From Bacteroidales bacterium (lineage in GTDB: Bacteria; Bacteroidota; Bacteroidia; Bacteroidales; CAIWKO01), in assembly GCA_035353775.1 (NCBI GenBank), contig DAOQAF010000008.1, forward strand, positions 465 through 64,464: 64,000 bases of DNA. Direction: 5' to 3'. Below the pieces are notes generated by a model, which made no database searches, was not told the DNA's origin, and saw only the letters and a program-made list of their open reading frames with translations. Position numbers and translations under genes: made by a program. Below are positions 20,553 to 29,092 of this stretch, in pieces. Numbering within the stretch: position 1 is the stretch's first letter; the number at the start of each line of letters is the position of its first letter.

Positions 20553-21524
20553 ATGAAAAAGTTTCTGCTACTCAGTTTTATTTTTGCGATGTTTGTTTGC
20601 AATATTTTTGCACAGTCCAGTGTATCTGTTTTCAGCCAGGAAGGAGAAAAATTCTGGGTAATCGTTAACGGTATCAAACAAAATGAAACCTCCCAAACTA
20701 ATGTGAAGGTTACAGGCTTGACTGAACCTAACTATAAAATGAAGGTGATTTTTGAAAATACCAGTTTGCCGGCTATCGACAAAGCGATCTATACTCAGGA
20801 CGTTGACGGAAAATTTACAAGTACAAGTTATGAAGTAAAAAAAGATAAAAAAGGCAATTATGTTTTAAGACTTGCCAGCTATGACGAAACTCCTATCGCT
20901 GAGACAAGCCAATATTCCGCACCTCTTGTGATCGTCGAAAGGCCCGCCACACCGGTAACACAAACCACACAAACCACCACTACCATTATTTCGGACAATA
21001 CCCAGGCAGAGGGCGGCTCGGTGAGCATTAATGCCGTAGATCCAATTACCGGACAAGCTATTAACATGAATGTTTCTGTAAACGCCGGAGCTACAGGCAC
21101 TACAGGCGGAATTTCTTCTTCCACCACCACGACCACCACCACTACTACCACCACCTCTTCTTCCAGCGGGACACCAATTGATACCAAACCCGCTCATTAC
21201 ATCATGTCCGGATACAATGGCCCGATGGGATGCCCCTGGCCGATGTCGGAACCCGACTTCCAGTCAGCCAAATCATCTATCGCTTCAAAAAGTTTTGACG
21301 ACAGCAGATTAACCATTGCGAAGCAAATTCTTAATTCAAACTGTATGCTTTGTTCACAGGTACGCGATTTTATGAGTATATTCTCATTCGAAGCCACCAA
21401 ACTCGACTTTGCCAAATTCGCCTACAACCGTGTTTTCGATCAGGGCAACTACTACAAACTCAACGACGCTTTTACCTTTGAAAGTTCTATTGAAGAACTC
21501 AACAACTATATCAACGGCAGATAA
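20553..21524 (+). CDS. Secreted protein with poly-Thr/Ser linker and DUF4476-like C-terminal domain
   Basis: 323 aa with a signal peptide and a run SSSTTTTTTTTTTTSSSSG. The C-terminal block (FDDSRLTIAKQIL...FSFE..KLDFAKFAY) resembles DUF4476; this is from memory only. Confidence 0.6.
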   Translation: MKKFLLLSFIFAMFVCNIFAQSSVSVFSQEGEKFWVIVNGIKQNETSQTNVKVTGLTEPNYKMKVIFENTSLPAIDKAIYTQDVDGKFTSTSYEVKKDKKGNYVLRLASYDETPIAETSQYSAPLVIVERPATPVTQTTQTTTTIISDNTQAEGGSVSINAVDPITGQAINMNVSVNAGATGTTGGISSSTTTTTTTTTTTSSSSGTPIDTKPAHYIMSGYNGPMGCPWPMSEPDFQSAKSSIASKSFDDSRLTIAKQILNSNCMLCSQVRDFMSIFSFEATKLDFAKFAYNRVFDQGNYYKLNDAFTFESSIEELNNYINGR

Positions 21525-21541
21525 AAAATTTCTGCTCTCCC

Positions 21542-21573
21542 AAAAAAAGCCGGATCACTGTCCGGCTTTTTTT
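21542..21573 (+). terminator. Rho-independent terminator
   Basis: Stem agccgga / tccggct with loop tcactg, followed by a T-run. Confidence 0.75.
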
Positions 21574-21607
21574 ATGGATTATTCTGTACTCGAAAAAATT
21601 ATTTAAT

Positions 21608-21615
21608 TACCTTTG
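21608..21615 (+). promoter_or_regulatory. -7 promoter motif (TACCTTTG) upstream of ppdK
   Basis: TAnnTTTG match 59 nt upstream of the start. Confidence 0.45.
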
Positions 21616-21673
21616 CACCCAATCATAAAAAACAAATTAATTTCTAAATATTTTTAACAAAAACAACAATACA

Positions 21674-24433
21674 ATGGCTACAAAAAGTAAAAAGTACGTT
21701 TATTATTTCGGCGGAAAAAAAGCTGAAGGCAAAGCTGATATGAAAAACCTGCTCGGCGGCAAAGGAGCTAATCTTGCCGAAATGGTTAACCTGGGATTAC
21801 CGGTACCCGCCGGATTTTCAATTACCACAGAATGTTGCACCGACTATTATGCAAATAAATGTCAATTGCCCAAATCATTGACAGCCGAAGTATGGGCCGG
21901 AATGAAAAAAGTTGAAGCAGAAATGGGAATGAAATATGGCGATAAAAACAACCCATTATTGTTATCATGCCGTTCAGGAGCACGCGCTTCTATGCCGGGA
22001 ATGATGGACACCGTTCTGAACATCGGACTGTGTACAGCCACTATTCCGGGACTCATCAAAAAAACCAACAACCCCCGCTTTGTGTGGGACTCATACAGAC
22101 GTCTGATCATGATGTATGCCGATGTTGTTATGGATAAAGCCGAAGGCCTCGACAAGGATATCCGTAAGAAACTTGACGACATGCTCAATGATTATAAAAA
22201 AACCAAAAAAGTAAAACAAGATACCGAACTCACCGCTGATGACCTGAAAATTCTGGCCGGTGAATTCAAGAAAAAAGTAAAAAAAGAACTTGGAAAAGAA
22301 TTTCCCGACAATGCCGAAGAACAATTGTTTGGTGGTATCCGTGCCGTTTTCAAAAGCTGGAACGGGAAAAAAGCTATTTCGTACCGCCGTATCGAAGGCA
22401 TTCCCGATGACTGGGGCACCGCAGTAAACGTACAGGCCATGGTATTCGGTAATATGGGCGATACTTCCGCAACAGGTGTGGCTTTCACACGTAACCCGGC
22501 TACCGGCGAAAACCTGTTCTATGGCGAATGGCTCATCAATGCCCAGGGCGAAGACGTGGTTGCCGGTATCCGTACACCCAACCCCCTGAACGACGACACC
22601 AAAAACGAACAGAACAAGCACCTGCACAGCATGCAGGAACAAATGCCGAAGACCTATAAGGAACTGGACAAAATCCGCAACATACTGGAAAAAAACTTCA
22701 GGGATATGCTCGACATTGAGTTCACCATCCAGGAAACCAAATTATATATGCTCCAGTGCCGTGTTGGCAAACGTACCGGTACCGCTGCCCTGAAAATGGC
22801 TATGGACATGCTGAAAGAAAAACTTATTGACGAAAAAACCGCTGTATTGAGAGTAGATCCTGCACAGCTCGATGAACTGCTGCATCCCATTTGCGACCCC
22901 GCCGAAGAAAAGAAAGTAGATCCTCTCGTGAAAGGATTACCTGCTGGTCCCGGTGCCGCTGTCGGACAACTGGTCTTCACTGCGGAAGATGCCGTAGCAT
23001 GGGAAAGAAAAGGTAAAAAAGTAATTCTTATCCGTGAAGAAACCAATCCTGAAGACGTGGAAGGCATGCGCGCTGCCGTTGGTATTCTTACTGCACGCGG
23101 CGGGATGACCTCACACGCTGCTCTTGTTGCACGCGGCTGGGGAAAATGCTGCATTGTAGGCGCCGGTAAACTTCATGTGGATGTAACATCAAAAACTGCA
23201 AAAGTAGAAGGCACCAATGTATTGCTGAAAGAAGGCGATGTGGTTACCCTCAACGGTACCAAAGGCCATGTGTACCAGAAATCCCTGAAACTGATGGATG
23301 CCTCGGAAAATCCTCTTTTCAAACATTTTATGAAAATGGTGGACTCGTTCCGTAAAATGGGCGTACGCACCAATGCCGACAACCCCGCGGATGCAAAAAT
23401 CGCACGCGATTTTGGCGCTGAAGGTATCGGATTGTTCCGCACCGAACACATGTTCTATGGCGCCGGTTCCGAAAAACCCCTACTCGCACTCCGCAAAATG
23501 ATCCTGAGCAATACTAAGGAAGAACGCGTAAAAGCCCTCAACCAGCTGTATCCTTTTGTCAAAAAAGACATAAAAGCTACATTGCTGGCTATGGACAAGC
23601 TACCTGTTACCTTCCGCCTCCTCGACCCGCCTTTGCATGAATTTGTTCCTCAGGCACCCGACAAACAGGCTGAACTGGCAAAAGAACTGAAGATCAGTGT
23701 AGCCGACATTGCCAAACGCGGCGAAGCCCTGCACGAAAGCAACCCGATGATGGGGCACCGCGGCGTAAGGCTCAGCGTTACTTACCCCGAAGTATCCGAA
23801 ATGCAGTTCCGCGCCATTTTTGAATCCGCCCAGGAACTGATCAACGAAGGTTATCACCCGCACCCCGAGATCATGGTTCCTGTTACCTGCGAAGTGGGCG
23901 AACTTGATGTTACCAAAAAAATTGCCGACAGGATGTACGATGAAGTTTGCAAAAAATACAAGGTAAAAGAAATAAAATACCTGTATGGCACGATGATAGA
24001 AATACCACGTGCATGCCTGCTCGCAGACAGAATGGCAAAAACAGCCCAGTTCTTCTCCTTCGGCACCAACGACTTGACCCAGATGACCTTTGGATTCAGC
24101 CGCGATGATATTAATGGATTCATCCACGACTACACCGATCAGAAAATTTTAGCTGCCGACCCGTTCCAGACCATCGACCAGGAAGGCACCGGACAGTTGA
24201 TTGAAATGGCTGTAAAGAAAGGCCGTGCCACACGCCCCGACCTGAAAGTAGGTATATGCGGCGAACAGGGCGGCGATCCAAAATCTGTTGAATTCTGTTT
24301 CAAAAATGGATTAACCTACGTCAGCTGCTCTCCTTTCCGCGTTCCTATCGCAAGATTATCAGCAGCACAGGCTTCCATTAAATTTGGAAAGAATGAAAAA
24401 CCTGCTGCAAAAAAGACAGCAAAGAAAAAATAA
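21674..24433 (+). CDS. ppdK: Pyruvate, phosphate dikinase
   Basis: 919 aa. It has the phosphohistidine swivel motif GGMTSHAALVARGWGK and a PEP-utilizing C-terminal TIM barrel (FFSFGTNDLTQ). Confidence 0.97.
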   Translation: MATKSKKYVYYFGGKKAEGKADMKNLLGGKGANLAEMVNLGLPVPAGFSITTECCTDYYANKCQLPKSLTAEVWAGMKKVEAEMGMKYGDKNNPLLLSCRSGARASMPGMMDTVLNIGLCTATIPGLIKKTNNPRFVWDSYRRLIMMYADVVMDKAEGLDKDIRKKLDDMLNDYKKTKKVKQDTELTADDLKILAGEFKKKVKKELGKEFPDNAEEQLFGGIRAVFKSWNGKKAISYRRIEGIPDDWGTAVNVQAMVFGNMGDTSATGVAFTRNPATGENLFYGEWLINAQGEDVVAGIRTPNPLNDDTKNEQNKHLHSMQEQMPKTYKELDKIRNILEKNFRDMLDIEFTIQETKLYMLQCRVGKRTGTAALKMAMDMLKEKLIDEKTAVLRVDPAQLDELLHPICDPAEEKKVDPLVKGLPAGPGAAVGQLVFTAEDAVAWERKGKKVILIREETNPEDVEGMRAAVGILTARGGMTSHAALVARGWGKCCIVGAGKLHVDVTSKTAKVEGTNVLLKEGDVVTLNGTKGHVYQKSLKLMDASENPLFKHFMKMVDSFRKMGVRTNADNPADAKIARDFGAEGIGLFRTEHMFYGAGSEKPLLALRKMILSNTKEERVKALNQLYPFVKKDIKATLLAMDKLPVTFRLLDPPLHEFVPQAPDKQAELAKELKISVADIAKRGEALHESNPMMGHRGVRLSVTYPEVSEMQFRAIFESAQELINEGYHPHPEIMVPVTCEVGELDVTKKIADRMYDEVCKKYKVKEIKYLYGTMIEIPRACLLADRMAKTAQFFSFGTNDLTQMTFGFSRDDINGFIHDYTDQKILAADPFQTIDQEGTGQLIEMAVKKGRATRPDLKVGICGEQGGDPKSVEFCFKNGLTYVSCSPFRVPIARLSAAQASIKFGKNEKPAAKKTAKKK

Positions 24434-24453
24434 AACCGAAAGGTTTTTATAAT

Positions 24454-24497
24454 AAAAAATGTAGGGCAAATTCATGAATTTGTCCTACATTTTTTTT
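24454..24497. terminator. Bidirectional terminator between ppdK and the MerR gene
   Basis: 12-14-bp stem gtagggcaaatt / aatttgtcctac with loop catg. An A-run precedes it and a T-run follows. Confidence 0.8.
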
Positions 24498-24517
24498 GCC
24501 CTGTTTTTTAATGGGTA

Positions 24518-24856
24518 TTACTCCAATTCCTCTTTCAGTTCTAAAAGAAAATCCCTGATCTTATTTAATGATGACACCACCTCCACATTGTTGATGGTAT
24601 CCACTTTGTTATCTTTCATCTTGTCCTTGGCGCCCTGCAAGGTAAAACCACGTTCTTTCACCAGGTGAAAAATGATATAAAAGTTTTCGATATCTGCTTT
24701 GGTAAAAAAACGGTTGCCCTTTTTGTTGCGAAACGGCTGAATGATATCGAATTCCTTTTCCCAGAAACGTATCAGCGATGTATTCACATCAAACATTTTA
24801 GCAACTTCACCAATGGAATAGTATAATTTTTCGGGTGGATTTTTTTTCAGAGGCAT
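24518..24856 (-). CDS. MerR-family transcriptional regulator
   Basis: 112 aa. The HTH YSIGEVAKMFDVNTSLIRFWEKEF is a typical MerR N-terminal domain. Confidence 0.85.
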   Translation of the reverse strand: MPLKKNPPEKLYYSIGEVAKMFDVNTSLIRFWEKEFDIIQPFRNKKGNRFFTKADIENFYIIFHLVKERGFTLQGAKDKMKDNKVDTINNVEVVSSLNKIRDFLLELKEELE

Positions 24857-25026
24857 ATTAATTCAGATTGCAGAAGTAAGTCCGCCGCGGCGGATCAGAA
24901 TTGGTTATACAAACATTATGAATTTTAAAAGCAAACTTACTGCTATTTTTTAATATTTTGTTGTCCATGAATACTTTTTGCGAAAAAAATCTTTACCTTT
25001 AACCTTATATTCTAAAAATGCTTGTC

Positions 25027-25881
25027 ATGAGGAAAAAACTATTTTACCTTTTGGTTTTGATGTTTTTTTATCAAAGTGCCAATGCCCAGACTTATCATAA
25101 ATTGCTTGATACAAACAAATTATGGAATTATTATGATGAATATTTCGGCCCGAATCCACATTATACACATCTTTTTAGGTTTACTACAGATACCATCATT
25201 AGCGGAAAAAAATATTACATACCGGAAATCACAATGGATTCTATTCATTGGTATAAAGAAAGTTATTTTTTTCGGGAAGAAGATAGCACGAAAAGGGTTT
25301 ATATGCTATACAACAACAATGAAGGCTTGCTGTATGACTTTAGTTTAAACACAGGTGATTCTGTTACAATTATAAACCCTCTTTATGGAGCTAATCCGCC
25401 TGTTACAATACATGTAGTTTCTATAGATTCAATACAAATTGATGGCTATTACAGAAAAATAATTAATACAGATTTTTATACATGGATTGAAGGGATTGGT
25501 GATAAATTGGGGCTGCCACATCCCGGTGATATGTCTTCAGGCGGGGTTTTACTAAGCTTGGTTTGCTATTACGAAAACGATTCTTTAAAATATATTAATC
25601 CTGATTATGGCAATTGTTTTTATGCTTTTTTAAATGTCGGGGAACACAATAATGAAAATCAACTTTTACTAAAAAATATTGATAATAATTTTTTCATCAT
25701 ATCCTCAGATGAAACAATTGATGAAATTATTTTATTAAATATATTAGGTGAGCAAATGATGATTTTTTCAGCAAAGGCCAATCAATTTTCAATAGATTTA
25801 TCATCTTTTGCCCCTGGGGTATATATTGTAAAATGCAAAATAGATAATAGAATATCTGTTTTTAAAATAATAAAACCGTAG
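25027..25881 (+). CDS. T9SS C-terminal-sorting-domain secreted protein, function unknown
   Basis: The signal peptide starts at MRKKLFYLLVLMFFYQSANAQ, and the C-terminal sorting domain reads ILLNILGEQM...GVYIVKCKI. The ORF could also start at 25018. Confidence 0.7.
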   Translation: MRKKLFYLLVLMFFYQSANAQTYHKLLDTNKLWNYYDEYFGPNPHYTHLFRFTTDTIISGKKYYIPEITMDSIHWYKESYFFREEDSTKRVYMLYNNNEGLLYDFSLNTGDSVTIINPLYGANPPVTIHVVSIDSIQIDGYYRKIINTDFYTWIEGIGDKLGLPHPGDMSSGGVLLSLVCYYENDSLKYINPDYGNCFYAFLNVGEHNNENQLLLKNIDNNFFIISSDETIDEIILLNILGEQMMIFSAKANQFSIDLSSFAPGVYIVKCKIDNRISVFKIIKP

Positions 25882-25943
25882 TTTAACGAAGTTGTGATTT
25901 TGAAATTTCCTTTTAACATTGTAATAAATAATAAGAGGTAAAT

Positions 25944-26210
25944 TTAGGGAAATACTTTATATATATCTTTGCGATGAGCTATTCTGGCAAATTCAACAAT
26001 ATTTTTTTCAATAAAAACGCCTATCCGATAATCACCAATTCTGATTCTGTATGCAAATTTATAGCCTGACAGTTTTTTTAATCCTTTAATATCGGTTATT
26101 TTAGCAGCATTTTCAGTATTTTCTATTACATCTGCAACATCGCTTTTGATGCTTTGTAAAACCAACTTATCCAAATCTTTTTCAAATTGCTTTAAAAATT
26201 CGGTTTTCAT
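25944..26210 (-). CDS. RelE/ParE-family type II toxin
   Basis: 88 aa. The core LSGYKFAYRIRIGDYRIGVFIE...IVEFARIAHRKDIY matches the RelE/ParE fold signature. It overlaps the upstream small ORF by 4 nt. Confidence 0.75.
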   Translation of the reverse strand: MKTEFLKQFEKDLDKLVLQSIKSDVADVIENTENAAKITDIKGLKKLSGYKFAYRIRIGDYRIGVFIEKNIVEFARIAHRKDIYKVFP

Positions 26211-26407
26211 TTCCTGCCTAATTTAGCCATGATTTTTTCGCGTGAAACTTTTTTTGTTCTATCGGCTTCTTTCATTAATTTAATCAGGCCAAAATCTTCT
26301 ATATCCTCGGCACTCAATACTTTCGTTTGAATACGCATTTTTTTGAGTAATTCATGAATAAAATGCAATTCCGTTTTATTTTTGGTTGTTACAATTAGCG
26401 AGTCCAT
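26207..26407 (-). CDS. Putative cognate antitoxin (small protein, family not recognised)
   Basis: 66-aa ORF immediately upstream of the toxin, translationally coupled to it through a 4-nt ATGA overlap. Confidence 0.5.
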   Translation of the reverse strand: MDSLIVTTKNKTELHFIHELLKKMRIQTKVLSAEDIEDFGLIKLMKEADRTKKVSREKIMAKLGRK

Positions 26408-26586
26408 AATAATTAGGTTTTAATATATGCAAATTTACGAAAAAATTATAATGCCATTGTATTTTTTTTATAGTCCGCATCATGCAGTTGCTGCAATCGG
26501 TATTTACTTACAACTTTATAAAATCTCCCTTTGGGATGCCTTCAGCAAAAGTTCTTCCAAAGCAATATTGCCGGAGTATTTGAAAC

Positions 26587-27837
26587 CTAACTAAACCTTA
26601 TCGCCCTCACCGGCGTTATGCGGGTTACCACATAAGTAGGAATAATCAGCACCAGCACGCAAACCGCTATCGTCCCGAAATTGATCAGAAGGATATTCAG
26701 AATATCAAGGTTGACAGGAACTTCGCGCACATAATACGAGGCGGGATCGAGTTTCATGACGCCGAAAAACTTCTGAACGAAGCAAAGTACCAGCGCAATA
26801 ATGTTTCCCCAGATAAGCCCGCGGATAATCAATGAGGATGCATTATACAGAAATATCTTGCGGATGCTCCAGTTTCTCATGCCTAATGCTTTGAGAATTC
26901 CGATCAATGTAGTTTTTTCAATAATTAAAATAAGCAATGCCGAAATCATATTGATGGCTGCCACGATCACCATCATCACAATAATGATGGTTACATTCAC
27001 ATCCTGAAAGCCGAGCCAGTCAAATATCTGCGGGTATTGCTGTTTGATATTTGTACAGTTCAAATCGTAGCTGATGCGGCTGTAAACATTTTCCGTGATC
27101 TTATCAAGGTCATTGAAATCTTTTATCAGTATCTCGAACCCTCCTACCTGTATGGAATCCCAGTTGTTGAGCCGTTGAATATGCCGAATATCGCCCAGAA
27201 CATAGATTTTATCAAATTCCTCTAGCCCGGTATTATAAATTCCCGAAATGCGGAACTTACGCACACTGGGCTGTGTCTGCTCCTGATTGATAAAATACAT
27301 CAGCAGCGACTGCCCGGTATCCAGTGTCAACTGATTGGCCATATATTCAGAAATCAGGATGTCGTTGGTCTTCGCGGTATCGCTGACCGTGAAGGTTTTC
27401 CCTTTAACAATATTATCGTTAAAAAAAGACCAGTCGTAATCGCTGCCAATGCCTTTCAGCACTACTCCCTGGATTTCTTCGTCCGTTTTAATGATACCAG
27501 CTTTGGTAGCATAGACCTGTATATGTTCGATGCCATCGTCCTGCGGAAGCGTATGATAAAACGGCTGGTTCATGCTGATGGGCGAAGATTCCATCGAAAC
27601 ATTCTCATCATAGTTTGAAATAATGATATGCCCGCCAAAGCCAATGACCTTATTCCTGATCTCTTTCTGAAACCCGGTAACAATCGCCACAGCCACTATC
27701 ATAACCGCCACGCCAAGAGCGATACTCAACACGGCTATCCGCACGATAGGCCGTGAAAAATTTGCCTTGTTTTTGGCAATGATGCGTTTTGCGATAAATA
27801 ATTCGTAATTCAAGCTAAAAATTTTATTATTTTGCAA
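26587..27837 (-). CDS. FtsX-like ABC transporter permease (LolC/LolE family)
   Basis: 416 aa with an N-terminal TM, a large periplasmic domain, and three C-terminal TMs carrying the FtsX block (ISALLILIIEKT..IGILKALG). Confidence 0.85.
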   Translation of the reverse strand: MQNNKIFSLNYELFIAKRIIAKNKANFSRPIVRIAVLSIALGVAVMIVAVAIVTGFQKEIRNKVIGFGGHIIISNYDENVSMESSPISMNQPFYHTLPQDDGIEHIQVYATKAGIIKTDEEIQGVVLKGIGSDYDWSFFNDNIVKGKTFTVSDTAKTNDILISEYMANQLTLDTGQSLLMYFINQEQTQPSVRKFRISGIYNTGLEEFDKIYVLGDIRHIQRLNNWDSIQVGGFEILIKDFNDLDKITENVYSRISYDLNCTNIKQQYPQIFDWLGFQDVNVTIIIVMMVIVAAINMISALLILIIEKTTLIGILKALGMRNWSIRKIFLYNASSLIIRGLIWGNIIALVLCFVQKFFGVMKLDPASYYVREVPVNLDILNILLINFGTIAVCVLVLIIPTYVVTRITPVRAIRFS

Positions 27838-27860
27838 AAGTATTTATTTTATTCGAACAT

Positions 27861-29081
27861 ATGAAGTTGTCACGCTGTTTACCGGCTTTATTTCTTTTGA
27901 ATTTCTGCACATTTGCCTGCACCAGCCAAAACATCATCAGTGAAGTTACCGGAACTGATATTTATCCCAAAGACATCCGGGTTGGCGCCGAGCAGACAGA
28001 AGTTTATTACCCATGGATCAAAGGCAAAAAGATCGCAATAGTTGCCAACCAGACATCGATGATACAAAAGACACATCTTGTAGATTCATTGGTAAATGCA
28101 GGGTTCGATGTCAAAAAAGTGCTTTGTCCCGAACATGGTTTCCGTGGAGATGCCGAAGCGGGTGAGGTCATTGGCAACACCACGGACAAAAAGACCAAAC
28201 TGCCGGTGATTTCTTTATACGGCAAAAATAAAAAGCCAACGGCCGAAGACCTGAAAGATGTTGATGTGGTACTATTTGACATACAGGATGTGGGCGCCCG
28301 TTTTTATACGTATATCTCAACCATGCATTATGTGATGGAAGCCTGTGCGGAAAACAATAAACTTTTTATCGTGCTCGACCGCCCAAACCCGAACGGGTAT
28401 TATGTTGACGGCCCCGTGCTCGAAAAAGAATTCACTTCCTTTGTGGGCATGCACCCGGTTCCCATCGTTCACGGTATGACCATCGCCGAATATGCCTGCA
28501 TGATCAACGGAGAGAAGTGGCTCAATAACGACATCCAATGCCCTCTGAAATATGTTACGGTTGTCAACTACAAGCACGCCGACTTTTACCAACTTCCGGA
28601 TAAGCCTTCGCCCAACCTGCCAGGTATGGAATCCATTTATCTGTATCCCACGCTCTGCTTGTTCGAGGGCACGTGCATCAGTGTCGGGCGGGGCACCGAA
28701 CGCCCCTTTGAAATCATAGGCAGCCCGCTGCTCGACAGCACGGGATTTTCTTTCACGCCCAGAAGCATCCCAGGCATGTCGAAAAACCCGCCCTACGAAG
28801 GTAAGCTCTGCCACGGCTACGATTTCAAGAACTATTCGGCCAATTATATCAAAGGATATGGAAAACTTTATCTGTTTCCCTTATTGGAATTGTACAGACA
28901 ACTGAACGGCAAAACTGAATTTTTTAATAGTTTCTTTAACTCCCTGGCTGGCACGGCAAGCCTGAAACAGCAGATCATCAGCGGTGCGACAGAAGAAGAC
29001 ATCCGCAAAAGCTGGCAGCCTGAACTGGAAAAATTTAAAAAGATCCGTAAAAAATATTTGCTTTATACCGATTTTGAATAA
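27861..29081 (+). CDS. DUF1343 / NamZ-like exo-beta-N-acetylmuramidase family protein
   Basis: 406 aa with a lipoprotein-like signal. The blocks FDIQDVGARFYTYISTM and LDRPNPNG are characteristic of DUF1343. Confidence 0.75.
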   Translation: MKLSRCLPALFLLNFCTFACTSQNIISEVTGTDIYPKDIRVGAEQTEVYYPWIKGKKIAIVANQTSMIQKTHLVDSLVNAGFDVKKVLCPEHGFRGDAEAGEVIGNTTDKKTKLPVISLYGKNKKPTAEDLKDVDVVLFDIQDVGARFYTYISTMHYVMEACAENNKLFIVLDRPNPNGYYVDGPVLEKEFTSFVGMHPVPIVHGMTIAEYACMINGEKWLNNDIQCPLKYVTVVNYKHADFYQLPDKPSPNLPGMESIYLYPTLCLFEGTCISVGRGTERPFEIIGSPLLDSTGFSFTPRSIPGMSKNPPYEGKLCHGYDFKNYSANYIKGYGKLYLFPLLELYRQLNGKTEFFNSFFNSLAGTASLKQQIISGATEEDIRKSWQPELEKFKKIRKKYLLYTDFE

Positions 29082-29092
29082 ATCTGCCTGCC

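Noticed and set aside
21112-21165. Poly-Thr/Ser codon run in the DUF4476-like gene as a slipped-strand contingency repeat
   Set aside because: The codons are mixed (ACC/ACG/ACT/TCT/AGC), not a perfect microsatellite. This is more consistent with a flexible, possibly glycosylated linker.
22091-24127. Long antisense ORFs inside ppdK (22091-22642, 22654-23154, 23600-24127). Similar antisense ORFs occur at 28317-28814, 44036-44515 and 47186-47668.
   Set aside because: Each is fully contained in a strongly supported gene on the opposite strand. They have biased, low-complexity composition and no recognisable motifs.
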